A DNA stretch of 28,043 nt from a virus. Taxonomy: Duplodnaviria > Caudoviricetes. Below, piece by piece: positions 17,397 through 25,880 of this stretch. Where the stretch lies: IMG/VR virus record IMGVR_UViG_3300044613_001908, positions 1 through 28,043 of that record, one strand, 5' to 3'. A program made the position numbers and the translations under genes. The number at the start of each line of letters is the position of its first letter. The first letter of the stretch is position 1. Under the pieces are notes generated by a model. The model did no database searches and was not told the origin of the DNA. It saw only the letters and a list, made by a program, of their open reading frames with translations.

Positions 17397-18124
17397 CCAA
17401 TTCTCCAATTCGTTCCGTCAGAATAGACAGGTACGCCGTTTGCTCCACCGCCAGCAACAATCGACGCAAACGTGGTTGCGTTGGCATCAGATACAAAAGC
17501 CCGAGCCCCTGCTATCCCGGTAGGCAACGTTCCAACCGTGTAAACCCGGCAGCGAATAAGGGCGTCTGTGTCCGCAATTATATTGCCGTTTGCATAATAG
17601 GAAGACGCGTTGATGGTGTTTGCGCCTTGGTCACCGCCAGTTGCACCGTTCATGTAAAGCCCAAGCGCAACCAACAATCTGGTATCAAACGCTCCAGCTT
17701 GTCTCGTCCCGATAAAAAACCCGCCAGACACTGCACCGGCAACAGCAGAGGTGCAAAACGCGCCAAATCGTCCTACAAGAGTTTCAGCGCTGTTAGCATC
17801 CAAACACCGGAAATCTTGCTGCCCAATATTTCCTACGCCCGGCACTCCCGTTGTCGGAATGGCGTCACACATGATGTCTAAACGAGTGCCGCCTGACCCT
17901 GAAACCGTGGACCTAAATCTGGTGACAACCGACGATGTAAGGCCATTAAAAATGCCTTGGCCGTCTTTGCGGACGCTGAACCGGCTCGACCCCCCCACCT
18001 GCAAATCCATCAGGAGCGAGCCCGCAGCGGAGGCGGTGTCGGTCACGTTCATCTTTATGGCGTTAAACGTGGTGCCGCCTGCGTTCCAGGTGTCGGTTAA
18101 GTCGTATAAATATGCCTTCGCCAT
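17393..18124 (-). CDS. Fibre-like virion protein (head or tail fibre)
   Basis: 243 aa, Gly/Ala/Thr-rich. C-terminal YTVGTLP..GARAFVSDA..VPVYSDGTNWRIG cap is typical of phage fibres. Confidence 0.78.
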   Translation of the reverse strand: MAKAYLYDLTDTWNAGGTTFNAIKMNVTDTASAAGSLLMDLQVGGSSRFSVRKDGQGIFNGLTSSVVTRFRSTVSGSGGTRLDIMCDAIPTTGVPGVGNIGQQDFRCLDANSAETLVGRFGAFCTSAVAGAVSGGFFIGTRQAGAFDTRLLVALGLYMNGATGGDQGANTINASSYYANGNIIADTDALIRCRVYTVGTLPTGIAGARAFVSDANATTFASIVAGGGANGVPVYSDGTNWRIG

Positions 18125-18134
18125 CGCTTAACCC

Positions 18135-18281
18135 CTAGCTGTCTCTCTCGTAAACATGATCGCCGTCGCGCTCTGACACGCGCTCTTCATCGCGGGTCAA
18201 TACTTCCGTGTTCACCGTGACCGCCAACGGCATCAGGTATAAAACCTGCTCCTGCAACGCTAAGGAAAGCGTGTCACGCAT
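18135..18281 (-). CDS. Unannotated 48-aa protein (possible spike adaptor)
   Basis: MRDTLSLALQEQVLYLMPLAVTVNTEVLTRDEERVSERDGDHVYERDS. TAATG overlap with the upstream gene; it fills the gap to 10 bp before the next ATG. Confidence 0.75.
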   Translation of the reverse strand: MRDTLSLALQEQVLYLMPLAVTVNTEVLTRDEERVSERDGDHVYERDS

Positions 18282-18532
18282 TAGTAAAGCGCCACAATGT
18301 CGGTTGCGTTCGTATTCGTCGAATTAACCCGCCGAGCCTGAACCGGAATGATCTGGCCAGAAGCGACGTTCTTGAACGTCACCGCCGTTGATCCATCAAG
18401 CGGCACAAGCGCCACGTCACCCGTGACCCCAATAAAGAAGGCCCGAGCCGGCGTCGCCAGGTCCACCGTGTCAGAGGGCGTCACCGCCACAAAGTTGAAC
18501 GCGCTGCTGACTTCCTTGTTGCTCGTCGCCAT
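18281..18532 (-). CDS. Head-spike base protein, RCAP_rcc01079-like
   Basis: 83 aa: AVTPSDTVDL..ARAFFIGVTGDVALV..VTFKNV..GQIIPVQARRVNSTNTNATDIVALY, matching the family pattern as I recall it. Confidence 0.82.
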   Translation of the reverse strand: MATSNKEVSSAFNFVAVTPSDTVDLATPARAFFIGVTGDVALVPLDGSTAVTFKNVASGQIIPVQARRVNSTNTNATDIVALY

Positions 18533-19338
18533 TAGTAGAGGCTCCCTCGGCTGAAGACCTGAGACGGCATCCAGCGGAGCGCCTCGTCAAATTTCATGCG
18601 GTCAATCCGCTTGAACTGTGTGGAAATACGTGTCCGGCCCGTGTCCGCCATAGCCTGCAGCATTTGCGAGGGGCTGACCCCATATTCAGGCGCAATGATC
18701 ATTCCAAGCAGGGACGCGACCCCCTCATCATGATCCGGCCCGAGCGGCTGCTCATCTGTCAGCTTCAGCGCCGCAATGTCGTTCCATGTCCGGTTCCACT
18801 GCGTAAATACGAACTGCTGACTGGTCCGCATGGTCGTGGAAGAAACCGTCTGAGAAGGCGTGACCGTGTAAGTCCCGACCCCACCCGCGCCTGTTCCGAG
18901 CGCCGTGATTGTCGTGTTCTTTGTGACTCCGGTCCCGTTGAATATCTGCCCCACGGCCAACACGCCGCTTGAAACGGCTGAAACCGTCATGGTCGTTCCA
19001 GATATTGAAGCAACGTAGGAAGGCGGAGCGCCGTTGTTCAGAAGCTCAATTCGGGCGCCATTCCGCGGAACCCGGTACGTCACCCCGTTATCATCCGTCA
19101 CCGTGGCCGGCAGAGTGACGACATACGTCCCCGTGTAGCGGTAATCTTCCTCGCCTGTGACCGCCTTATCGAGCAGTTTATCGGTCAGCCGGCCCGCAAT
19201 CCCTACGCCAGGCAGCCGCGCCAACATGGCCTTGAGAGCAAGCAAAGCGTCGGCGGCTTGGCTGGCGGTTGGCTCACGCCCTGCTGGAACCGCCTCAATC
19301 AAGCGAAGGGCGCGCTTAATGATCTCATCCACCGTCAT
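18532..19338 (-). CDS. Head-tail adaptor (P22 gp4-like) with inserted beta-rich module; start revised to 19338
   Basis: [35 protein letters not shown] at the N-terminus and [14 protein letters not shown] at the C-terminus. ATGA overlap. Confidence 0.82.
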   Translation of the reverse strand: MTVDEIIKRALRLIEAVPAGREPTASQAADALLALKAMLARLPGVGIAGRLTDKLLDKAVTGEEDYRYTGTYVVTLPATVTDDNGVTYRVPRNGARIELLNNGAPPSYVASISGTTMTVSAVSSGVLAVGQIFNGTGVTKNTTITALGTGAGGVGTYTVTPSQTVSSTTMRTSQQFVFTQWNRTWNDIAALKLTDEQPLGPDHDEGVASLLGMIIAPEYGVSPSQMLQAMADTGRTRISTQFKRIDRMKFDEALRWMPSQVFSRGSLY

Positions 19339-20009
19339 GCCGCCGCCCTCATGCGCTGTCGCAGCCAATCGCCAAGCCTGCCCGTGTAACCGAGATTCGG
19401 CGCAGCGATATGCGTCAGGTTTAATTCAGGCATGACCCTTATGTCTATGCCCGCCGCTCTCGCCATCTCACAAAAGCGGAGATCTTCTCCCCACATTGTC
19501 CCGTCTGCGAATGGCATGTCGAAATAAGCGTAGGGCTCCCGATGCTGGTCACGATATGTCCGGCCCGGAAACGCCGCAGCAATCTGGCTTAGAGCGTTCC
19601 TTGATATCGCCAGGAACCCCGTCCCGAGCCCCGCAACGGGGAGCGTTCCCTCTTCATCAGCCCATAAAGGAGCCTCGCCAGGAAGCCAGCGGATTACAAA
19701 CTCCCCGCTGTCATTCTTCAGCCGGTAAGCGCCGCCGACGATATCGTGCGAGCAAGTAGCCAGATCGGTCAACGCGCCTGGCTCCCAAGCCATGTCCCCG
19801 TCTATGAAGACCAGCCGATCGGCCCGGCTTTGCAGAAAGTCATAGGTCAACACGTTGCGGGCTGAAGGGATGCTTGAACACCCCTCCAGCCGCGCCACGT
19901 CCAGCAAATGCCCCCTAGAATGCGCGATAAGCTGCTCACCTAAGAGACTATCCATCGTCGCCGCGCATACCCGGCCATCGTAGCAAGGTATGGCGACGCC
20001 GATGATCAT
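19335..20009 (-). CDS. GT-A fold (GT2-like) glycosyltransferase-like protein
   Basis: VAIPCY, SARN, FIDGD (DxD), [21 protein letters not shown]. Confidence 0.82.
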   Translation of the reverse strand: MIIGVAIPCYDGRVCAATMDSLLGEQLIAHSRGHLLDVARLEGCSSIPSARNVLTYDFLQSRADRLVFIDGDMAWEPGALTDLATCSHDIVGGAYRLKNDSGEFVIRWLPGEAPLWADEEGTLPVAGLGTGFLAISRNALSQIAAAFPGRTYRDQHREPYAYFDMPFADGTMWGEDLRFCEMARAAGIDIRVMPELNLTHIAAPNLGYTGRLGDWLRQRMRAAA

Positions 20010-20221
20010 CAGGCAGACGCCACAAAGCCAAGATTGATCATGGCTGTCCGCAGCGAGTTCACGCAGTCACGGATTTCCGCCGTGGTTGGCGTCGTGGTCA
20101 GAGCCGCGAAGGTAGCGGCCCGCGCCACGGGGGTTGCTCCGTAAAAGCCGATGAGATCGGCGGAGCTTTGACCCATGACAGTTCCGTCAGGGTTTTTATC
20201 CGAAAGTTGACGAGTAGGCAT
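20009..20221 (-). CDS. Small capsid-associated (cement/decoration-like) protein
   Basis: Strong GAGGAG RBS directly after the coat gene. IGFYGATPV..VNSLRTAMINLGFV. Confidence 0.7.
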   Translation of the reverse strand: MPTRQLSDKNPDGTVMGQSSADLIGFYGATPVARAATFAALTTTPTTAEIRDCVNSLRTAMINLGFVASA

Positions 20222-20238
20222 GTGAAAGGCTCCTCAAA

Positions 20239-21441
20239 TTACGAAGTCGGAGAAAGGGCGGCGATACGAGCGGCAAGCTGCGCCCGGATCGTCTTGTAGC
20301 CGTAAAGAACGTCAAGACGGCAGGGGAACGCATCGTTGTTGATGTCGTACTGACGAACAACGCGGATCGAGATCCCGTCATAGACTTCCCGAGCGGCAAA
20401 ATCGACGCCCTTCGGCATCACAAGGTCAGCCGTCGCGAAGGTGAAGGCGTCTTTGTGATAGACCATCGACTGGCCGTAGGTCGTGGAAGCCGCGCCGACG
20501 AAGGTCAGAGCCTTGTCATTCGCTGCACCGTTCGAGACGTTCTGACGCGCGCCGGAAGCAATGATCTCCGGAGAGATCGAGATCGTACCGCCGCCACCGC
20601 CGAACGCCGCCGTCACCACGAACTGCTGAAGAATGCCCGTGGAAACCTTCGTTTCGGGGTGAACCGCGTACACATCAGCAATCGTGAACACGTCACCCGG
20701 AACCATTGCGCCTGTGCCGGTGTCGACAATAAGCGAAGATCCGGTCTGAGCCGTGCCGCTGTTGGTGAGATAGGTCGTCGCCACGCGAGCGCCGTTCTGG
20801 AAGTTCGTGAGGTGCGAAGTTTCCATGAAGTCGAAGCCAGCGGCCTTACCGACCATGCCTTCACGATACTGCCGGGAGATTTCCGGAGCGGCGTTAAATA
20901 GCGTCGAGAAGGCAGAAACAAGGTTCGCCATATCGTTAGAGGTCAGAAGAGCGGTCCGGTCACCGTCCGGCGTCAGGTTGTCCTGAAGCTTGCGGCGACC
21001 TGCGAGAATGTTCGCGTAGGTAATCGCCGAGGAGACGTTGTTCACCGTGTTGTAGACGTCCTTGTACATCGTGCCGAGCGCATCGGCCTCGATGTTGGAC
21101 GCCAGGACAGCCATCGCCGGTTCAAGAATGCGGCGGCTGAAGTCGTCAAGATCAAGGGTCAGTTCCGCCGACGTGAAGTTCATGTCGACGCCCTTTTGAG
21201 TGCTGACCGCGAGGTCAACCTTCGTCTCGGTCGTGTTCTGCACCCCGATCGTCGCGCCAGTCCGGACCGTGTACTGGTTCGGGAGGCGGATGCGGAGCGT
21301 GTCGCCAATCTTGGCGCCAGACTGGGCGAAGCTGGAGTCATATTGACGGTTGATCGAGCCGACAAAGGTCAGCTTCTGATGAAGGATACGCAGCGCTTCG
21401 CGCGTGATCATATCCGGCGTAAGAATGGTGTTGGAAGTCAT
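20239..21441 (-). CDS. Major capsid protein, P22 coat family
   Basis: NTILTPDMITREAL..AKIGDTLRIRLP..QKGVDMNFTSAEL..RLDVLYG. Strongly biased codons. Confidence 0.95.
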   Translation of the reverse strand: MTSNTILTPDMITREALRILHQKLTFVGSINRQYDSSFAQSGAKIGDTLRIRLPNQYTVRTGATIGVQNTTETKVDLAVSTQKGVDMNFTSAELTLDLDDFSRRILEPAMAVLASNIEADALGTMYKDVYNTVNNVSSAITYANILAGRRKLQDNLTPDGDRTALLTSNDMANLVSAFSTLFNAAPEISRQYREGMVGKAAGFDFMETSHLTNFQNGARVATTYLTNSGTAQTGSSLIVDTGTGAMVPGDVFTIADVYAVHPETKVSTGILQQFVVTAAFGGGGGTISISPEIIASGARQNVSNGAANDKALTFVGAASTTYGQSMVYHKDAFTFATADLVMPKGVDFAAREVYDGISIRVVRQYDINNDAFPCRLDVLYGYKTIRAQLAARIAALSPTS

Positions 21442-21447
21442 TTCCTT

Positions 21448-22179
21448 TTACCTTGTTTTGAGTTGGGTTGATCGCCAGCGCATCCACTCATCTGTTGACA
21501 TGGCTTCCGGCGTTCTGACGGCTGCTCTGCCTGAGACGTTTGGACCTGGCGCGGGGGCGGCAGACAACGGCTTTGACCGGGGCGCGGATAACCGCGCTTC
21601 CAGCTTCGCCATTGCGGCGCCCTGCTTATGAGGAGGGAGAGCGGCGATCTTTCGCAGCTCGTCCGTGTTCTCGCCGAGATATTCGGCAAGAGCTAAACTG
21701 TGATCCGATTCAAGAACAACTTCCGCAATTTCCCTTGTTACTGGCAAAGTGCTGTCATTGAAAAAGGCGTAGGCCCCTTCGCTTTCAGCCTTGGCCGCCA
21801 GCGTGTTACGCTGCTCCATCAGACGCTCGCGTTCCATCTTTTCCCTTAAGCGAGTTTCAACCCGCTCAATAATATGGTCAGGATCGCTATCATCTGTTGG
21901 GATTGCGGCTTCATACGCCGGTTGAGGCGGCGGCGTGTATTGGTTCCGCATGGCCTGCTCACGCCAGTAATCGCGCTCGCGTTCGGCCTGCCTTGCCTGC
22001 CAGGTAAGTTCATTGAGACGTTTTCCGACGCCTCGCTTAGACTTCTCTGGTCTATCGCCGGTCTCTTCGGTCGCCTCATCCTGTTCCGCCGCGATAGGTT
22101 CGGATTGCTCCGGGGGTGCGCTGGCGGGCGCGGGAGTTGGCTTCGGTTCAAAGCTTGCTTCGTTGTTCTGTTCAGACAT
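21448..22179 (-). CDS. Scaffolding protein
   Basis: Between portal and coat. Acidic N-terminus, KRLNELT..AERERDYW, LAEYLGEN, and C-terminal PEAMSTDEWMRWR. Confidence 0.85.
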   Translation of the reverse strand: MSEQNNEASFEPKPTPAPASAPPEQSEPIAAEQDEATEETGDRPEKSKRGVGKRLNELTWQARQAERERDYWREQAMRNQYTPPPQPAYEAAIPTDDSDPDHIIERVETRLREKMERERLMEQRNTLAAKAESEGAYAFFNDSTLPVTREIAEVVLESDHSLALAEYLGENTDELRKIAALPPHKQGAAMAKLEARLSAPRSKPLSAAPAPGPNVSGRAAVRTPEAMSTDEWMRWRSTQLKTR

Positions 22180-22203
22180 TGTGCGCCTTTCAAGCGGCCC
22201 AGT

Positions 22204-24156
22204 TTAGGCGGGCATCCCTCCAACAGGTGCGCCTTGCGGCGAGGGCCCGGCGCCTGTTGGGGCGGCGCCGGGAAGCGGTAAGCCGAGCTGCATCAAGCGC
22301 TCGGTCAAATCAAATTCGATTTTGTTGGCCTCAACCATGGTTTTGCGGGCCTTGGCCTGCTTTTCAGGATCAGGCGGCGGCGCTTGGCCTTGGCCTTGGA
22401 AGAGCTTACGGATCTCTTCCGCCACCTCAGCCGCGTCCGGCCAGTCCATCAATTCCGCAATTCGCGGCAGGATGATCGGCGCCAACATCGGAGCGGCCTG
22501 CATCATATCAAGCAAGCCTTGCGCGGTCTCGGCCCGCTGGGACGTGAAGCTCGGGCCCGTGGCGACGCGCACATCATACCGGCCCCGCTTGAGGTCAATC
22601 GGGCCAGAGTTTACGGCAATGATTGCGGCTTCCTGCTTCTTTCCGAGAATGCGAACCTGCCGTTCCGTGTCATAGATCTTCGGGATCATATCCACGAGGA
22701 TGCGCCCGGTCTCCTCAACCGCCGCAAGCAAGCCGTCAATGAATGCGTAAGTCCCGACATCGGCTTCCTTCTGCCGCGCCAGAATCGCCCGCCCACTGGT
22801 CTCGTTCGAGCGAGCGCCCAGGCTGGCGTCATAAATGCCCGTGGTCGCCTTGAGATCATCGGACGCGAGCGCTGCTTCCTGAAGCATAGCGCCCTCGATC
22901 CGGGCGGGTTCCATGCGCTGAGGCGGACCGCCGGCCTGCGGATCTGGCGTGTAGGTCAGGAACGGAGGGTTTCCCGTCGCCATCTGATACCATTCTTCCT
23001 CACGCCCCTCGATCTGGCGATCTGTGACAAGGAAGGGGGCTTTGGGAGCCAGCGCCAGCTTCTCGACACTGGCCGACCTCCAATAATTGATCATCCGCTG
23101 ACTGTCTTTAGCGAAGCGGATGATGGAGGAGCGGACAACACGCGGCCCGATTTCCACTTCCTCGCCCGAGACGAAAACAATCGGGATGCGATCGCCAAGC
23201 CACTCATGCGGACCGGACAGGATTTCCGCGCCGGTCATGATCCACCAGCGCACCTTCTTCCGGCTGACCTTCCGCCGCATAGGCTCGCCGTTCTTATCCA
23301 CGCGCACGCCAGGCGGGGGCGGGATTTCCGGAGGCTGAACGCCCATCGCGGCATCCATCTGGGCGCGCTCAAGAGCGGCCTGATAGGCCTTTGCCAGCTC
23401 CTCATAATCCTCGGCATAGATCGTCGCGCCGGTCTCAAGGGCTATGAGTTCAACCGTCTCCTCGGATACTTCCCAATACTCCGCCACGCGGACCATATCG
23501 AGGGTAATCCAATCGGCATAATCGACGCCATCCAGCCCGGCATCGCCGTAAAAGTCGATCTCCGCCGTGTCCTTTCCATACATTTGATGGAAGGTCTCTT
23601 TCGGCAGTTCCGTGATCACAAAGCAATATTTCGCATCGCGCCGGGTGCGCTCAACGCACGCCGGGTCCCAGACGACGGCCAGCGGATCGGGAATGTTTTC
23701 AATGAAAAGGTCCTGATCGAAGGTCTTTTCCGTCGCGTAATCCGTTTTGATCCGCCAGTGACCCATACCGCAGGAGGCGGAGTGCTTCAGGCCCTGCGAG
23801 TAAACCCGGCCCGCCTGGCTGGCCTGCTCGATGGACCGGATCATTCCTTCCATCACCTCGGCAACCTGCAAATCCCCTTGTTCGGCTGGAGTTACATTGA
23901 TTGAGGGAGGCGCGATGCGGACCTCGTTGACCACTTGCCGGATGAACTGCGGCAGGCGGTTTATCGTGAGGCATGGCCGTCCGGCCTGCTGGCGATCAAG
24001 GCGAACCTTCTCCGGCCACTGCTCGCCGGCAAGGAATTTTAAATCGTCGACGGCGGAGTTACGGTTCTCACGTTCAAAATCCACTGCGTCGGAATACTGT
24101 TTCCGCCGCTTTTGCAGCCAGTCATATTGCTTCGGATCGGTTTGACGCCGCGCCAT
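22204..24156 (-). CDS. Portal protein, P22-like; start revised to 24156
   Basis: DDLKFLAGEQW..RPCLTINRL..GMGHWRI..KDSQRMINYW..SNETSGRAILARQ..GRYDVRVATGPSF. TAATG overlap with terL. Confidence 0.95.
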   Translation of the reverse strand: MARRQTDPKQYDWLQKRRKQYSDAVDFERENRNSAVDDLKFLAGEQWPEKVRLDRQQAGRPCLTINRLPQFIRQVVNEVRIAPPSINVTPAEQGDLQVAEVMEGMIRSIEQASQAGRVYSQGLKHSASCGMGHWRIKTDYATEKTFDQDLFIENIPDPLAVVWDPACVERTRRDAKYCFVITELPKETFHQMYGKDTAEIDFYGDAGLDGVDYADWITLDMVRVAEYWEVSEETVELIALETGATIYAEDYEELAKAYQAALERAQMDAAMGVQPPEIPPPPGVRVDKNGEPMRRKVSRKKVRWWIMTGAEILSGPHEWLGDRIPIVFVSGEEVEIGPRVVRSSIIRFAKDSQRMINYWRSASVEKLALAPKAPFLVTDRQIEGREEEWYQMATGNPPFLTYTPDPQAGGPPQRMEPARIEGAMLQEAALASDDLKATTGIYDASLGARSNETSGRAILARQKEADVGTYAFIDGLLAAVEETGRILVDMIPKIYDTERQVRILGKKQEAAIIAVNSGPIDLKRGRYDVRVATGPSFTSQRAETAQGLLDMMQAAPMLAPIILPRIAELMDWPDAAEVAEEIRKLFQGQGQAPPPDPEKQAKARKTMVEANKIEFDLTERLMQLGLPLPGAAPTGAGPSPQGAPVGGMPA

Positions 24157-25433
24157 TAGCTCGCCATCCACCCGGCTGCGCCGGCGTAAGGGTTAACGGT
24201 TTTTGGCTTAGACGATATATTGCGATAATCCGCAATACCTACCACAAGATATCGAAATGCGTCGGCGGCATGCGAAGCCCAATCGTGGAGCGGACGGGGG
24301 TTAAACGCCTTGCGCTTTTCCGACCATTCGCGCCGGTAATGCTTCAGGGCTTTAAGCCCGTCCTTGCACTTCTCAGCGTCCATCCAAACACGCGGAAGGG
24401 CCAGGCGCACGGCCTGAATGCCATCGTCTGCGTTGTCCTGGCCCAGAATACGCGCCCGCACGCCGAAGCCCTCCAAGATCTCAACCCGTGATCGTCCCGA
24501 GGACAAATCACGCGCGGCGGCATCATGCGGGAGGATATGCTCATAGTAAAGATAGGGTTTTTCCTTGAGGACGCGGACGTAATGATCCAGGCCGACCCCT
24601 GACGCCTCGTAATAATCTATCACCTGAATGGCGGTCCCGTTCAGCTGGGCGAACCAAATCGAGGTGCTGTCGCCTATGCCCAAATCCCACGCCGTGACTA
24701 CGGGCAAAGCAGGGTCCCAAGGAACCCGGCCTATGCGCTTATCCGTCTCGGCAATCTGGAGGTCTCGGGCGTAATAAGACCCCTCAACCGCCGCCGCGAA
24801 GCTGCACTCATATTCGCGGTCATACTGATCCGCGCTCATCTGCCGCCTGGCGTCGGCCAGTTCCGCCTCGTCGACTATCCCCGTCTCGCTTGCCCGCAAG
24901 GTCAGATGGAACCATGTCGGGTCCACCTTGCTGGCCTCGTTTATCTCGAAGAAGTCATTTTGCCCTTTTGGCGTTCCGATGAAGCAGGCCCAGCCTTTCC
25001 GGTCACTAAGCGCCGGACGTATGACCTCGCGCCAGGCGCGAGGGTCAATATCGCCAAACTCGTCAAGAACACACCCGTCAAGATAAAGGCCCCTGAGCCT
25101 TTCATAATTCTCCGCCCCATAAAGTCTCACCCTCGCGCCGTTAGGAAAATCCACCCTCAGTTCTGTCTCGTGCCATGAAACCCCCGGAATCACGGATGCG
25201 AATTGCTTCAGATACTCCCAAGCCACGTCCTTAGCCTGGGCGTAAGTCGGGGCGATATAGGCGAAGCGGGGATCTTTAAGCGGACACGTCATCGCCGCTT
25301 TGATCAGGTCATTGACGCACGCAACCGTCTTCCCTGCCCGTCTATGCGCGACAATACAGGACCAGCGCTCGGTCCGCATGTGGAACGGCATGAAGACGTT
25401 CCGGGGCGTGTAGGGTATTACGATTTGGGCCAT
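24156..25433 (-). CDS. terL: Terminase large subunit
   Basis: Walker A AHRRAGKT, Walker B CVLDEF, coupling motif GTPKG, nuclease motifs WDLGIGD and SHAADAFRY. Confidence 0.97.
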   Translation of the reverse strand: MAQIVIPYTPRNVFMPFHMRTERWSCIVAHRRAGKTVACVNDLIKAAMTCPLKDPRFAYIAPTYAQAKDVAWEYLKQFASVIPGVSWHETELRVDFPNGARVRLYGAENYERLRGLYLDGCVLDEFGDIDPRAWREVIRPALSDRKGWACFIGTPKGQNDFFEINEASKVDPTWFHLTLRASETGIVDEAELADARRQMSADQYDREYECSFAAAVEGSYYARDLQIAETDKRIGRVPWDPALPVVTAWDLGIGDSTSIWFAQLNGTAIQVIDYYEASGVGLDHYVRVLKEKPYLYYEHILPHDAAARDLSSGRSRVEILEGFGVRARILGQDNADDGIQAVRLALPRVWMDAEKCKDGLKALKHYRREWSEKRKAFNPRPLHDWASHAADAFRYLVVGIADYRNISSKPKTVNPYAGAAGWMAS

Positions 25434-25705
25434 GCCCAGGTTATTTCCTGTTTAATCGGCGGTCCGTTAACATCGCCGGTAATCGGCTGCGTTGACTTGC
25501 CATATCCGCGATCGAGGAGTTCTTTAGCCGCTGCGATCTGAGCGGCTGGCGTGTCGTCCCGCGTCGTCATGATGTTGATCAGGGTCGCGATCGCGTCCGG
25601 CCCGTGCTTCTGAGCTAGCGCGCGAATGTCGGCGGTTGCTTTATTCACCGCGCCCTTCGGCCTGCCTGCCTTTCCGTACTTCGGATGTCCTTTCGGGGCT
25701 CCCAT
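25418..25705 (-). CDS. terS: Terminase small subunit; start revised to 25705
   Basis: MGAPKGHPKYGKAGRPKGAVNKAT..AAAKELLDRGYGK. Overlaps the terL start. Confidence 0.82.
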   Translation of the reverse strand: MGAPKGHPKYGKAGRPKGAVNKATADIRALAQKHGPDAIATLINIMTTRDDTPAAQIAAAKELLDRGYGKSTQPITGDVNGPPIKQEITWAWPKS

Positions 25706-25726
25706 GAGATTTCCAAAAATTAAAAA

Positions 25727-25790
25727 CCAATATTGATCCAATATTGCTCCAATATAGGCCCTATATTGGCTGAATATCCAGCAATATTGC
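25727..25790. repeat. Six helically phased degenerate CCAATATTG units
   Basis: Units start at 25727, 25738, 25749, 25760, 25771 and 25781. They include the perfect dyad CCAATATAGG-C-CCTATATTGG at 25749-25769. Confidence 0.9.
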
Positions 25791-25803
25791 TAACCCCTTG
25801 ATT
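25791..25803. promoter_or_regulatory. IHF-consensus site
   Basis: TAACCCCTTGATT matches YAANNNNTTGATW and lies next to an AT-rich tract. Confidence 0.55.
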
Positions 25804-25826
25804 TCATTCAACCTTGCTTTTCATGG

Positions 25827-25855
25827 TTGCACCCACCTATCGGATTACCTATAAT
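25827..25855 (+). promoter_or_regulatory. Near-consensus sigma70 promoter
   Basis: TTGCAC-N17-TATAAT, 25 bp upstream of the ATG at 25881. Confidence 0.8.
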
Positions 25856-25880
25856 GACCGCCTTGTTAGGGGTTAGGCCG

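Noticed and set aside
18124-18137. Stop read-through fusing the 48-aa ORF to the fibre
   Set aside because: The downstream ATG is out of frame and I see no slippery sequence.
22384-23904. 506-aa plus-strand ORF
   Set aside because: Antisense shadow of the portal gene. It has no recognisable motif, and long antisense ORFs are expected in GC-rich, codon-biased genes.
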